DNA from: Mobula hypostoma
Lineage: Eukaryota
Length of the DNA stretch: 64,000 nt
Assembly (NCBI RefSeq): GCF_963921235.1
Contig: NC_086097.1
Location: 57,414,001 to 57,478,000, forward strand
Direction of reading: 5' to 3'
The number at the start of each line of letters is the position of its first letter. Position 1 is the first letter of the stretch. Below, piece after piece: positions 14,080 through 26,880 of this stretch. A program made the position numbers and the translations under genes. The notes beneath the pieces are model-generated. The model made no database searches and was not told the origin of the DNA. It saw only the letters and a program-made list of their open reading frames with translations.

Positions 14080-14850
14080 AATTTATCAACCTCTTTCTTC
14101 TACATCTCCAATTTTCTTGTCACCACAACATTTTAGAGAAGAGAATTTCAGAAATTTATCGAGCGCTGTGATAAGAACTTCTTGTGCTTCTCCATTTCAA
14201 ATAACTGCCCCCTTATCTTGCAGCTATGCCCCTTATTTAGAATTCTTCCATTAGTGGAAACATCTCAACAGCCACCTTGTCATGCCCTCTTAGGATTCCT
14301 TAGGATAAGTTGGCTGCTCATTTTCTCTAAAAGACAATGAGTACAGGTCTAACATTTTTAGTCATCCCTCAGTCTGTTCATTCCAGAAGTTAACGTAGCG
14401 AATCTAGTACGTAATTCTCTTACAGCATCTGTAGTGCTTGTCTATCTTTCATTAAGTACGAAGACCAAAACTGAGCAGTTCTCCAAGTGCAGCATCTCCA
14501 TTACCCTTTACAATTGTAACAATGTTTCTTTACTATCGTCCTTCCCTATAAAAGACAATATCCTGTTTGCCTTCTTAATTACTCACTTCATCTGTATGCT
14601 AACTTAGGTTTTGTATATAGGAACATTTAAATGGTTTTGTACTCCACTGATTTGCTGATTCTCTCCATTTTGATTCCTTTTACTAAAATGCATGACTTTC
14701 CAACATCAAACTCTGTTTACTCTGTTTTTGTCCATTTACTCAATCTATTATATCCTATAGCAGAATTGGGATATCCTTATCACAGCATGACCTCCCACCT
14801 ATTTTGTTTTGTTCAAACTTCAATATCCTGCACTCTGCTCCTTAAGTCAA
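14080..14850 (-). mobile_element. Highly decayed CR1 fragment
   Basis: Residual similarity to the 3' region of other minus-strand CR1 copies (gaccaaaactg...ctccaagtg...tttgccttcttaattact). Confidence 0.5.
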
Positions 14851-15640
14851 TATAGATACCGAGTGTTTGAAAAGATAAGAATAATAGAATGATAACTGAA
14901 TAAGTAAATAATTTAAGGCTGAAAACACTAAGTGTTGGAAATGGTTAGCAGTTCAGGCAGCATCTGTGGAGAGAGAAAAACAATGAATGATTCAGGTCAA
15001 ATGACCCTTTCTTCAACTGGAAAAATGGTGTATTTGAGGCTGCAGAGAGAAGAAGAGGTGGGACAAGCATTGTAAGAAAGGTTTGAAGCTTCAAAGGGGT
15101 ATTTCTAACTGAAAACAGCATTAATGACAAAGAGAAGCAGTATTTTCTAACTCCAGAAGTACTAATATTTGAATTTAGTCCAGCAGAACCAAAGAAAAGC
15201 AGTTGAGGGAGTTTGTGGCGGGAGTGACAGTCACATCTTTGCTTTGAAGCCAAACATCTATTCTTTCTGCTTTCTACAAGTGCTGTCCCCTTTCTGACTA
15301 TTTTCCCAACCTTTGATGCAGCTGGTAAAGAGTGATGGAGCTTGTAATTATCCTTCTTCCTCATAATAATTTATCTGCAGGTTGGTGAGTAGCCAACATT
15401 ATTCATGATGATTGCAGAGAAAAATATCTGCATAATTTGAAGACAAAAATTCAACAGGTGCTCTGCACCTACATCACTAAACAAATGTATCTATTTCCTT
15501 TGCATTTGCCCACCCGCAGATTCACATTTCTAGAAATACTGGCGAGGAGCAGAATAGATAATTGCTTATGACTTTTGTGAATAATTACCCCTGGAAATTG
15601 ACAATAATGCACAAAGCTAATTTTGTATTTTCTAATACAG

Positions 15641-15827
15641 ATATCTATGGATGGGATTATGCCACCTACCCCAGTGTTAAAAGGTGAAGATTACCTCCAA
15701 AAAGTATATGGAAAGGCACTTTATCAGGGGCATCGCAGTACATACAAAAAAGGGCCATATTTAAGGGTGAATTCTCCAGTCCCTAAATCCAAAACGCAAA
15801 GGCCTAAAATAATTGAGAATACTAAGG
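15641..15827 (+). CDS. KIAA0586: KIAA0586/TALPID3 internal coding exon (phase 0 to 1)
   Basis: Acceptor ttttctaatacag, donor G|gtgagt. Encodes [62 protein letters not shown], matching the remembered TALPID3 block EDY..QVYGK..YQGHRST.KKGPYLR.NSP.PKS..QRPK.IE. Confidence 0.93.
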
Positions 15828-17571
15828 GTGAGTGATTTGTTGTAATTTAAAGTATGTTTGATGTTTTACCAATGAGATTGTTTCTCACATTTGTTCTGCT
15901 ATGTGGCTTTAGCAAATGTCTTGCAAATCTGGTTTTGTTTAATCATTCAGCCAGGACTTGCACATTTCATTCTGATTCTCATTCCAATTTGAATCTGCAT
16001 TTAATTAAATGAAGAGACGATAATTAAGCTGATTTACCAGTAAGTAGGTCATTACCAGATGTGTTTAATTACAGCAACAATGAATGGCTTGGAAATACAT
16101 GAGGATGTCTGCAGTAATTTATTCATTTTTTCCCCTAATCATGTACATATTTATGTTCTGGGGAGAAAAATATTACCAAGTTCACTTCAAGGGAAACACA
16201 AATGGATGCACACTTTCCAAATGTTGCTGAGATTCATGTAATCTATTATAGTACAATTCATTTTGTATTTTTAAAGTAATTTATGTATGCTTGGGTTGTA
16301 CTTACTGAGAATTTTTATCAATTGAAACCTCTTGTGAAGAGTAAGTAAAACACTACCGTGCAAATGCATCAATCAGGATTATTTCTTGTCATTTTAAGGT
16401 TGAAGGAAAATGTAGGGCTAAAAATTAGACTTCTACCAATAACAACAGGAAATTGTTTTTATGTATGTATAATTTAAAAAACAAAGCAATGTAGTTAGAA
16501 ACTCACCAGAAGCAGGCTGTTAAAGGAAATGTGGAATAGATTATTATCAGATCAACCATGCTTTACTATGTTGTGTAGCAACTCATTAGTGGAGGTATCA
16601 CCAAAACTAGTTCAGCATACCATTCATATTGCAACTGCTGAGAAATGTAGCATTTTCTATGTATATTTTCAAGTGAAATGGGCTGGATCACCCTGAAGTG
16701 ATCTATTGCCCAGACTCCCTGCCTGCTCACCATATTTACATTTTCTGGATATGGAGAGTTAGAAAATTTGACCCTCCATTTGAAAAGCTGGATAGACTCC
16801 AAGCAGTTTTCAGGTCTCAAGTATCTTATCCTGAGCCCCTGCCCCCAAACATCCTGTCAGGCAGACATTATAACTTAAAAACTTAAAAATAAAACTTAAG
16901 CTTTAGAAGATGTAATTAATACAGCAATGTAATTGAAAACATTTGAAGTGGTGTGATATAATTAAAATGCTCACTTCACAACTTCCCTTGCCTTTTACCA
17001 TACAGTCAATGACTCCGATTAAGTGAATGGAGTTGTCATCCTGATGTTAATGTTCCTTGTTGTAAAAACTTTTTTCACCATTCCATCACTGTGATCCATG
17101 TTGACTCCAGCGAAGGAGCCATGTCATCTTCTGACCTTAGAGTATCTCAAACTTGCATGTTTGGCCAAACAAGTCCAAAATTTTCTGGTCCATAATCAGC
17201 TTAGGCTCTGATATCGGTACAATTTGACCATTGATTCTATGGAAATAAATGAAAATAGTCGTGAAATTCTTAAATGAGTGTTCAAATCTTCAGTCATAAT
17301 TGTAATTAATGGGAAAAATGGGAAAATTAAAATGACTTCAAACATTTACTCTTCATATATGAATGAGTTTGGAATGCTAGTATTTTGCTTAGTGTGAAAC
17401 TGCACATATGACCTCTGGGATACTGCACTTCAAGTATTCAGAAAAATATTTTTGTAATAATAGTCAAGTACGTAAGGAAGAAACACCTATGCCCTTTGTA
17501 AGGAATTCTTTAAACTAATGTACTGTAGTTACTACAGAAGTTTCATACCTGTTTTGCTTCTATTTTAATAG

Positions 17572-17772
17572 GTGTCAAGGTGAAATCTGCAAGAACACAA
17601 ACTATTCCCTCTGTATTCAAGCCAGACTTAATTCTCCCAGTAAGGCAGCAGCCTCCTGCTCCACATTTTCAGAGCGACCAGTATCTTTTTAGTCCTTCTC
17701 ATCAGATAATGTCTGGATCCATCATTTCAGGCCCAGTTGAAGGGCATCTTGTCCCAATGGCAATTGCCTTAG
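17572..17772 (+). CDS. KIAA0586: KIAA0586/TALPID3 internal coding exon (201 nt, phase 1 to 1)
   Basis: Acceptor ttctattttaatag, donor G|gtatgt. Continues the frame as GVKVKSARTQT...QYLFSPS...GPVEGHLVPMAIALG (TALPID3 G.KVKS.RTQT and GHL.PMAI.LG). Confidence 0.92.
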
Positions 17773-17828
17773 GTATGTTCAATGTCTAGTCTAGATTATT
17801 ATTTCAAAATGTTAAGATCTAGCTTGTC

Positions 17829-17997
17829 ACACAAACACGAGGAAATCAGCAGATGCTGGAAATTCATGCAACACACACAAAAAATGCTGGTGAACGCAGC
17901 AGGCCAGGCAGCATCTGTAGGAAGAGGTACAGTCGACGTTTTGGGCCGAGACCCTTCGTCAGGACTAGCTGAAAGAAGAGTTAGTAAGAGATTTGAG
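17829..17997 (-). mobile_element. Penelope terminal-repeat-derived unit with mutated hammerhead motif
   Basis: Inverted homologue of 46037-46208; minus strand reads agtcCTGACGAagggtctcggcccAAAAcgtcgactg (GAAA changed to AAAA). Confidence 0.8.
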
Positions 17998-17999
17998 AT

Positions 18000-19072
18000 G
18001 TCGATCCTAGAGCTTGGCCAAAACTCGGAAGTCAATGCCTTTCATTGTCCCAATGATATGGCGAGAGTAGAAGGATCACGTGACAGACAGCTACTTCTGT
18101 CTGACCAGTGTGTCTGGTTTCTCTGCTAAAAACAAGAAATTTTTTGAATACCCAATGTCCTGTCAGCCATGGGACTGTGCCGCATGATGACAATCTTCCA
18201 GTACTGCAGACATCAGAGACATGGAGTCTAGAAGAGGCAGACGAAGATGTCACGATGCATGAGCCAGGAATGGAAAGCGACACAGATTTTGAACATTTAT
18301 GTCAAATGAGCCTCATCTGATAACTCAATCTGAGTTAAATGATCTGGTCAGAGAATTGGGTTTGTCAAAGGCAAAAGCAGTATTACTGGGGTCAAGACTG
18401 CAAGGATGGAATCTGCTGTCACCAGGCACAAACATTGCTGTGAAGGATTCCGATATTCGAGATAGATGTTTCCCAGAATAACTGATGCCAAGATTAAGGA
18501 AGACATTTTGTTGGTCCACAAATCAAATGGTTATCAATAACAGGCAATTTGAAGAACTTCTGGTGGAACTGAAAAAAAGGCATTCAAGGATGATGTAGAA
18601 GATTTTCTTCGCAACTACAGAGCACCAAATTATGTGCAGCTGGTTGACAACATGCTTCCAGCATACAAAACCATGAAGCGCAACATGTCAATAAAGATTA
18701 ATTAATGAATTCCCATTTAGACTTCTTCCCTGCAAACCTTGGCACTGTTAGTGAAGAGCATGGTGAAAAGTTTCGCCAGAACATGGTCATAGAGAAATTG
18801 TATCAGGGTAACTGGAATCATTCAATACTGGCTGATTATAGTTAGACACTTAAGCAAGAAACCTTAGACACTGAGTACAAATGAAAATCATCAACAAAAT
18901 ATTTTTAACTTCGTTAAACTATTACAAAGCGCCAGTACTATTATGCAATTAAATGTATTATATTCAAAAATAGTTAATTTCTTATTTCTCCAAATTCCTA
19001 CGTGATACAAGTAGTCTGAAATTATATTTGGTGTTCAGCTTCAAGCAGTCTGAAAATATTTGCTGTCCAGTG
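18000..19072 (+). mobile_element. Chapaev3-like DNA transposon, deletion derivative
   Basis: Frameshifted transposase motifs VPMIWRE..DHVTD.YFCLT, TQSELNDLVRELGLSKAKA.LLGSRL, HLDFFPANLG.VSEEHGE.F.Q; ends tttgctgtccagtg|taa. Superfamily assignment from memory. Confidence 0.7.
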
Positions 19073-20129
19073 TAATTAAAAGAAGAACAACAAGGTGGGG
19101 AAAGGGATTTGAAAAAGGAAATTGTAAATTAATTAGATCAACGTAAATTTTATGTCAGGGACAAAATGTACTGAATAGGACAAAATAAGTTAAAAGGGGA
19201 TGCAGGAATTAATTGAAAGTATCAATGAAGGGAGGAGGAGATTTAAAAATGTGTTTCTATTGCTCAGTGACTTCAGGCATCCGATAACAGGAGATTTATT
19301 GATGTTTCTTACTTTGAGTGTTAATATTATGTTTCAATGTGGAATTTTAAACACTTTACCAGAAATTATTTTATTGTGACAACTTTGCATTGAAGATCTA
19401 AAGCAGTAACATTCAGCCACAGATTTAGCCTATGTTGACACAATTCCCTTTTCATGTATATTTTCAACTAAAGTTACTTTTCAAATGTGGGTAAACACTG
19501 GCATGTTTGATAATCATTTGGTCTGTTAGATTGTGTAGTTCAGGTGCTTCCAGCCCTCTTGAACTTCTGCTGAAATGCGTCAAACATTCTTGCTAATCCC
19601 GATGGTAGCACAATTCAAAAGTTGTTTTGAGAGGTGGAAAACAACTCATGTGGCATTTTGGCACACCATTTATCTTCTTTAGAAAAATAAGATAAACTGC
19701 AGAATATTTAAGAAAACCCTGTTGAGGCATTGCCCTCATTAAATGCAATGGTAAAGTGTTACTGGTTCCAGCTAATGCTGTGCCATTGAAGGTCATTCAG
19801 CTACCCTGCTGCCAAGCTTCATTGAAGAGCCATTGAACTTTAGTCTTAAGCATTAATACAGAGGCTCCCTGTATGTACACATGAAATTCATGAAGGATAT
19901 TAGAAGCAATTGAAGTTTTAAATTAAAAAAAAGAAGCAAAGGCATGTTAAATTATCAAATTAAATACTAATGGCAGGAATTTGAGTAAGACACGTTTGCA
20001 TTTTTAATTGTTTGTACTGAAGGATTCTCTTGCAGATAAGTGTTCAGGAAATTTCATTTTTTAGTTAGCAACAGTAATAATCAACAGTAGATACTTTGGA
20101 AAATCAACACTTTTTAGTTTCTTAGGATT

Positions 20130-22037
20130 TCAACTTCCTTAATATAAACTGGGGCCTTCGTATTGCAAGGAGTTTAGATAGGGCAGAATTTGTTCAGTGT
20201 GTCTAGGCGGGTTTACTTAGTCAACTTGCAGATGGTCCAACGAGAGGAGGACCTATACTGCACTTGCTGTGGGGTAATGAGCCTGGCCAGGTGACCAACC
20301 TTTCAGTGGGTGAGCAGTTGGTGAACAGTGACCACAGCTCCATTGCTTTCAGGATAGTGGCAGGTAAGGATAGGTATGGTCCTTGCAGGAGAGTTTTAAA
20401 TTGGAGTAGGGCAAATTACGAAGGCATTAGGCAGGAACTAAGAAGAGTTAATTGGGAACATCTTTTTTTCCGGCAAGTCCACATCAGACATGTGCAGGGT
20501 GTTTAAGGATCAATTGCACAGAGTACAGGAAAGATATATTCCTGTTAGGACAAGGATGGAAAGATAAGAGAACCTTGGATGTCCAGAGAGGTGATGATTG
20601 CTGGGCCCTTGACCAGTATCTTTGTGTCCTCTCCAGCCATAGGCAAGGTCCTGGAGGACTGGTGAGTGGCAAATGTTGTACTCTATTTAAGAAAGGAACA
20701 AGGGAAAATCTGGGAACTATAGACCGGTGTGCCTCATGTCAGTTGTAAGGACTGGAGAAAATTCTTAGTGATACGATATATGAGCATTTGAAAACCCATG
20801 GCCTAGCTAGGGAGTGCTAGCATGGCTTTTTATGTGGCAGGTCGTGTATTACCAACTTGATTGAATTTTGTGATAAGGTGTTGAGAGAGATTGAAGAAGG
20901 TAGGGCAGTGGATGTTGCCTACATGGATATTAGTACAGTATTTGACAAAGTCCCTCAGGGGAGGGTAATCCTGAAGATTAAGATGCATGGGTCCACGATG
21001 AATTGTCTGTGTGGATTCAGAACTGGCTTGCCAATATAAGACACAGGGTAGTGGTTGAAGGGACTTATTCAAGCTGAAGGTCTGTAATTAGTGGTGTTGC
21101 ACAGGGATCTGTACTGAGACATTTGCTCTTTATGATGTATATAAATGACCTTGTTGAAAATGTAGGTGGGTTAGTAAGTTTGCGGATAATACTAAGATTG
21201 GTGGTGTTGTGGAAGACTGGCAAAGAATACGGTACAATGTAGATCAGTTGCAGATACGGGCAGAGAAATGGCAGATAGAGTTTAACCCAGATAAATATGA
21301 GGTGTTGCTAATGCAAGGAGACAGTGCATTGTAAAGGGCAAGATCCTGAACAATGTTGCTGAGGAGAGAGATCTTGTGGTCCAAGTTTAAAGCTACCTGA
21401 AAGTGGCTACACAGGTCAGTAGGGTGGTTAAAAAGTCTTGTGAAATGCTTGCTTTTATTAGTCAAGGCATTGAGTTCAAAAGTCCAGAGGTTATGTTGCA
21501 ACATTATAAAACTCTGGTTAGACCACGTCTGCAGTATTGCATACAGTTCTGGTCGGCCCACTATAGGAAGGATGTTGAAGCCTTGGATAGGCTGCAGAAG
21601 AGGTTTACCAGGATGCTGTTGCTTTAGAGGGCATGTGCTATCATGAGAGGCTGGACAAATTTGGGTTGTTTTCTTTGGATTGGCGAGGCTGATGGGAGGT
21701 CTGATAGAGGTTTATAAGATTATGAGTGGTTTAGAAATGTCTAATACTAGGGGGCATGCATTGAAGGTGAAAGGGGTAGGTTCAAATGGGATGAGAAGGG
21801 TAAGATTTTTTTACTCAGAGAGTGGTGGATGCCAGAAATGCACTGCCTGGTATGATGGTAGAGGCAAATATGTTTGAGGCTTTTTAGAGGCATTTAGTTA
21901 GGCACATGAATGTGAGGATGATGGAAGGATATGAACATTGTGTAGGAAGCAGGGATTAGTATTTGGGAGTTTTTGATTTACTTTTTAGCTGGTTTGGCTG
22001 AACATTGTGGGCTGAAGGGCCTGTTCCTGTGCTGTAG
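20130..22037 (+). mobile_element. Decayed CR1 LINE
   Basis: SDH...F.I, LNWSRANYEGIR, DVAYMDISTVFDKVP, RPRLQYCIQFWS; 3' tail gggcctgttcctgtgctgtagagttttatgtt. Confidence 0.85.
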
Positions 22038-22269
22038 AGTTTTATGTTTTACGTTTCTAACCCTGAATGAATGAATTAGATTAATATTCATTTTCATTGA
22101 ATTCAATTTGATTTACAAAATAACTCAAGCTGCACTTAGATTTTTGCAAAACAGGATCTCGAATATATGTTGTTGAAGATTCTGTAACTGGAATTTTTAC
22201 TATACTTGTGTACAAGTACTCTACTATTTTACATTTCTATTCTGTGTAAAAAGATTCTTACTATGTATC

Positions 22270-22480
22270 CTATTTATGGCACTCATAATTCTATTAAGTC
22301 ACCCCTCAGCCTCCAGAGAGAACAGTCCAGCCTCTCCTTATAGCTAATACTCTCTAATCCAGAGAATATCCTCATAAGCCTCTTCTGCACCCTCTCCAAA
22401 GCTTCCACATCCTTGCCGTGATATGGCGATCACAAGTGCATGCTATACTCCAAATGTGGCATAACTCAGGTTTTATACAG
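22270..22480 (-). mobile_element. Short CR1 fragment
   Basis: tcacccctcagcctc...ctctctaatccag...ttctgcaccctctccaaagc...atactccaaatgtggc. Confidence 0.6.
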
Positions 22481-22562
22481 TGCACTGCAGGTTTAAAATA
22501 CCTCATTTATCATATGAGCAAAAAGAATCTTTATAATATTCACTGCTTAACTCCTAAATAAA

Positions 22563-23261
22563 ACTACTACCACTACGTTGACTCAGGCCTAGGGGGCCGG
22601 AGTCAGGCACGAAGATGGACTCTCCACTTCTCCCTCTCCCTCATCAGTGTGTTCGGTTCATCTATATTAGCCGCGCCACTGTCTTCTAGGAGCATGTTGA
22701 CCGTAGTCTTGGGAGGGCGCCCGGGGTTCATCCTCCCTTGCTTGGGCTCCTATATGATGACTAGGCTGGTAGGTAGTTCGGGGTGGCGTAGACAGTGCTC
22801 CGCTAGTTGTAGTCTTCTCGCCTTGATTTTAGTGGTGAGCATCGGTAGGTCACCATAAAGCTCGACGTTTGTCATGTGCTGTTGCCAACTTGCGTCAAGA
22901 GCCATCCGGAGCATTCGTGTATAGCAACCATCTAGAGACTTTCGCATAGTCTTGGTGTGTGTCCACGTCTCACATCTGTACATGAGAATGGACTCTATGA
23001 CCGCTATGAAGATCCTCTTTTTAAGCCCTCTGGTCAGGTTTGACTTCCAGATTTCCTTCAAGTCGTTCATAGCCCTCCACGCCAGCACCTTTTGTATCTT
23101 TATGTCCTTCTCCAAACTCATCATTCTTGACCCGAGGTACTTCTATTCAAAGACTTTCTTAATGGTATCATTCTTTACAGTCTTGAGAGTACCTGCGTCA
23201 CAGTTAAACGCCATGTACTCAGTCTTTTTAGCATTTAGGTGAAGTCCAACTTTATTGCACT
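22563..23261 (-). mobile_element. RTE-like LINE, 5'-truncated
   Basis: ORF with ESILMY.CETWT.TK...KSLDGCYTRMLRMAL..SWQQH.TN.ELYG.LP....IK.RRLQLA.HC.RHPE; (GTA)n-like tail; possible TSD taaataaaa / taagtaaaa. Confidence 0.75.
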
Positions 23262-24119
23262 TAAGTAAAAAGGACCCTAAAATAGTGCAGTGACCAATAC
23301 AGGCTTTGCAAATGTTCAGCTGCCTGTAGAGGTTCAGGCTACACTAAACATGAGACTGAAAGTTTAACTAATTAAAATCCATTGCCAGTCTGTAATTATA
23401 TCTGCAATGTCATGAAGTCATTAGTCTGTAGTTGCCACAGTGTCACTGTTGACACTTCTGTGCTTAGTGGTGTTGACAGCTTTGAGGCAGCCATGTCTTG
23501 GCAAAGTGAAGCATTTCATTTTTTATTTTGTATTGGTCTATATTTAGAAGTTAATTGTAATGCTTTGCCTACATATAAAGCTGCAAAATGACCAAAATGG
23601 AATATGATCTATTCCTCTCAGGTTGATTTAGGAACAACTAATTATCATAAAGGAGTAGAAAACATCGGAACATGTGATCATAAATTAATTAGCAATACTG
23701 TCACAAAGAAAAAATCTTGCAAGTCTTTACACCCCAGTTATGTAAATTCATTTCTTGACAGATGTAATGAAGTGTGGCCTTAGTTGAGGGCTTTTGTTCT
23801 GGCTTTGATGTAAGCGTAAACTCATGATTGACTGCTTTATATCATGCAATTGATATATTACCTTCCAATCAATTTACTTCAACAAAATTTGTAAGCATTG
23901 GAAGTCATATTCAGACAATGCAAAATAATTGGTTTATCATGTGATTAAGAACAGCCTAGCAAAATTATAATTATTAAAAGTGAATGATTGGAAAAAACCT
24001 GGAGTGAAAAGGCAAAATGAAATATAACAGCGGTTATATTTTGGTCACAATTTAATGATAAGGACCTCTCTTTAGCAAGGACAATATCCATGTGGGGAAG
24101 TTAGCAAATCCATAGGGGA

Positions 24120-24445
24120 AGGGGCAGCATGCATGTGGTTAAGTTACTGGACTAGACACCCGAGATCAGGAGCATTGGTTGAGAATAAATGTGTTTGAAT
24201 CTCTCCACAACAGCTGAGGCATTTAAAGACAAACAAATAAAAATCTGAAAATGCAACATAAAGCTAATTTTGATAATAGGAGCTTTGAAATGTTTGATTG
24301 TCTTAAAAACTAATCTGGTTAACAGATGTCCCTCAGGAAAGAAAATGTACCATCCTTACCCAAGCCTAAATGTAACTCCAGACCTTTATGGTTGACATTT
24401 ATCTGCCCCTTTATTTCGGGGCAATTAGGAATGGACAGTAATTGC
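24120..24445 (+). mobile_element. Old tRNA-derived SINE with a LINE-like 3' tail
   Basis: Degenerate A/B-box-like head (gtggttaagttactggactag...gtttgaatctc); tail gggcaattaggaatggacagtaa resembles the LINE tail at about 50240-50270. Confidence 0.45.
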
Positions 24446-26039
24446 CAAAGTATGATTGCTGGAGGACTTAGAGGGTCAAGCATCTGTGAGACAAAAGGAA
24501 ACTGTGTCAACCCTTGTTTGAAACTGAACAGAGGGATAAAACCAGAAATTAGAAATCACTTAGCCCAACAGTGGTAGACTAGTGTTTAGAGGCATTAATT
24601 GAAACAATATTAGCTGACAATTGGAAAAGTGTATGCTAAGTATTAATATTCAGCTTGTATTTGTTAAAGTCAAATTGTGTTTGACTAATTTAAATGATTA
24701 ACAAACAGTTGATGAAGGTAGTACAGTTGCTTTTATGTACATGGCCTTTCAGAAGCCCTTACAACGAAGCAAAATTAAGGCTCATTGAGCTGGGGACAAT
24801 AACAACATGGATATAAAATTGACTACAGAAAACAGTATCAGTGAACTTATTATTTTTTAATTTACAGGATGGGACGACATTTATTGTACATTTTTAATTG
24901 CCCTTGAATTTCAATAGACCTGGTGAAAGTATGCCTGTAGTACTGTTTAGTAAGGTGTTTCAGGATTTAGATCCAGCAGTGCTAGAGGAATTAAAGTATA
25001 TTTCCAAGTCAAAATGATGGTGATGTCAAGACTTTAAGTTTAAATGTTTAGTTGACAATGTTGCCTTGTGCCTGCTGCCTTTGTTCCCATTGAGGTTAAA
25101 GATTTGGGAGAAGCTCTTGATTTAACCAAAGCTAGTAAATAACCACCTTATATGCCATTTTTCATCTTATCAAACCTCTGAAGAAAAAAATGTGTTTGTT
25201 AGGCTGACCCAGGGAGTTGTCATGCCTTTGAAATGCTAGGCTGGGCTTAGCAGTGTGTTTTTTTCCTCCAATTATGATGGCTGAATTAAACTGCTAATTT
25301 CATCTTCATTATGCTGACCTTCCAAGATCCCAGGGGTAGATTTGATTTTTCTATGTTATCTACTCAAAACAGTTTTCTATATTTTACATTTGCCCCTTTT
25401 TCTTATGAGGTTAAGGTAAGAGAATTACAATTCTGTTTGCTAGAGTACAGAAGAATGAAAGCAAAAATTATTAAGGTTTTCCAAGTCAATAACATTTGGG
25501 AATAGAGAGAATAGGTCAAAGAATTGAAAAGAAATTGTAATATAAAATCAGGTAATTTGGCTCAGTCACTCAGTATTTATATTTATTCTTCATCCAAACA
25601 GCAGCTCTAATCCCCTGCATTCAGTGTTTTCAATACCTTAATCCACCTCTGCTATAACAGTTTATCTAATTTATTCTTAATGCGGACATGATTATTCATT
25701 AACTTAAATAATGCATTCCAGAGCCATACAATGATCTTTACTATGCATTTCATTTATTCCTTTTTCATTTACCTTTATAGCTCATATCTGGTTCATATCT
25801 CTCAAGCCCTAAAGCAATCTGTTTATATCTACCCTATCCTGTCACTTCATAAATTTAAACATTTCCATTAAACAAAACCCATAAAATCTTCTAATGAAAA
25901 CAGTTAGAATTGATATGCCATTCTTCATATTTTTATTTCCTGATACCTGGCATAATCCTGATGAGGGCTTGAGTTTTAAGGAGATTGCTCAGCTGGGGGC
26001 ATTTTTCTCTGGTGCATAGGAGTCTGAGGAATGTGCTTA

Positions 26040-26880
26040 CATTGGCATGCAAGAGTTCGGGCACCCCTGGTCAAAATTTCTGTAACTGTGAATAGCTAAG
26101 TGAGTAAAAGATGAACTGATTTCCAAAAGGCATAAAGTTAAAAATGACACATTTCTTTAATATTTTAAGCAAGATTACTTTTTTATTTACATCTTTTACA
26201 GTTTCAAAATAACAAAAAAGGGAAAGGGCCTGAAGCAAAAGTTTGGGCACCCTGCATGGCAGTACTTAGTAACACCCCCTTTGGCAAGTTTCACAGCTTG
26301 TAAACGCTTTCTGTAGCCAGCTAAGAGTCTTTCAATTCTTGTTTGGGGGATTTTCGCCCATTCTTCCTTACAAAAGTCTTCTAGTTCTGTGAGATTCTTG
26401 GGCTGTCTTGCATGCACTGCTCTTCTGAGGTCTGTCCACAGATTCTCGATGATGTTTAGGTCGGGGGACTGTGAGGACCATGACAAAGCCTTCAGCTTGC
26501 GCCTCTTGAGGTAGTCCATGTGGATTTTGAGGTGTGTTTAGGTTCGTTATCCAGCTGTAGAAGCCATCCTCTTTTCACCTTTGGCCTTTTTATAGACGGT
26601 GTGATGTTTGCTTCCAGAATTTGCGGGTATTTAATTGAATTCATTCTTCCCTCTACCAGTAAATGTTCCCCGTGCCACTGTCTGCAACACAAGCCCAAAG
26701 CATGATCGATCCACCCCCGTGCTTAACAGTTGGAGAGGGGTTCTTTTCATGAAATTCTGCACCCTTTTTTCTCCAAACATACCTTTGCTCATTGTGGCCA
26801 AATGTTCTATTTTAACTTCATCAGTCCACAGGACTTGTTTCTAAAATGCATCAGGCTTGTTTAGATGCTCCTTTGAACCT
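26040..26880 (-). mobile_element. Tc1-like (DD34E, IR/DR type) transposon, 3' part
   Basis: TA|CATTGGCATGC terminus; direct repeats at 26049-26066 and 26235-26252 within a ~210-bp TIR; QLDNEPKH...WSSQSPDLNIIENLW with 34 residues between D and E across one frameshift. Confidence 0.9.

Noticed and set aside
14945..15364. 139-aa minus-strand ORF
   Set aside because: Partly a Penelope terminal repeat; no recognisable domain or splice support.
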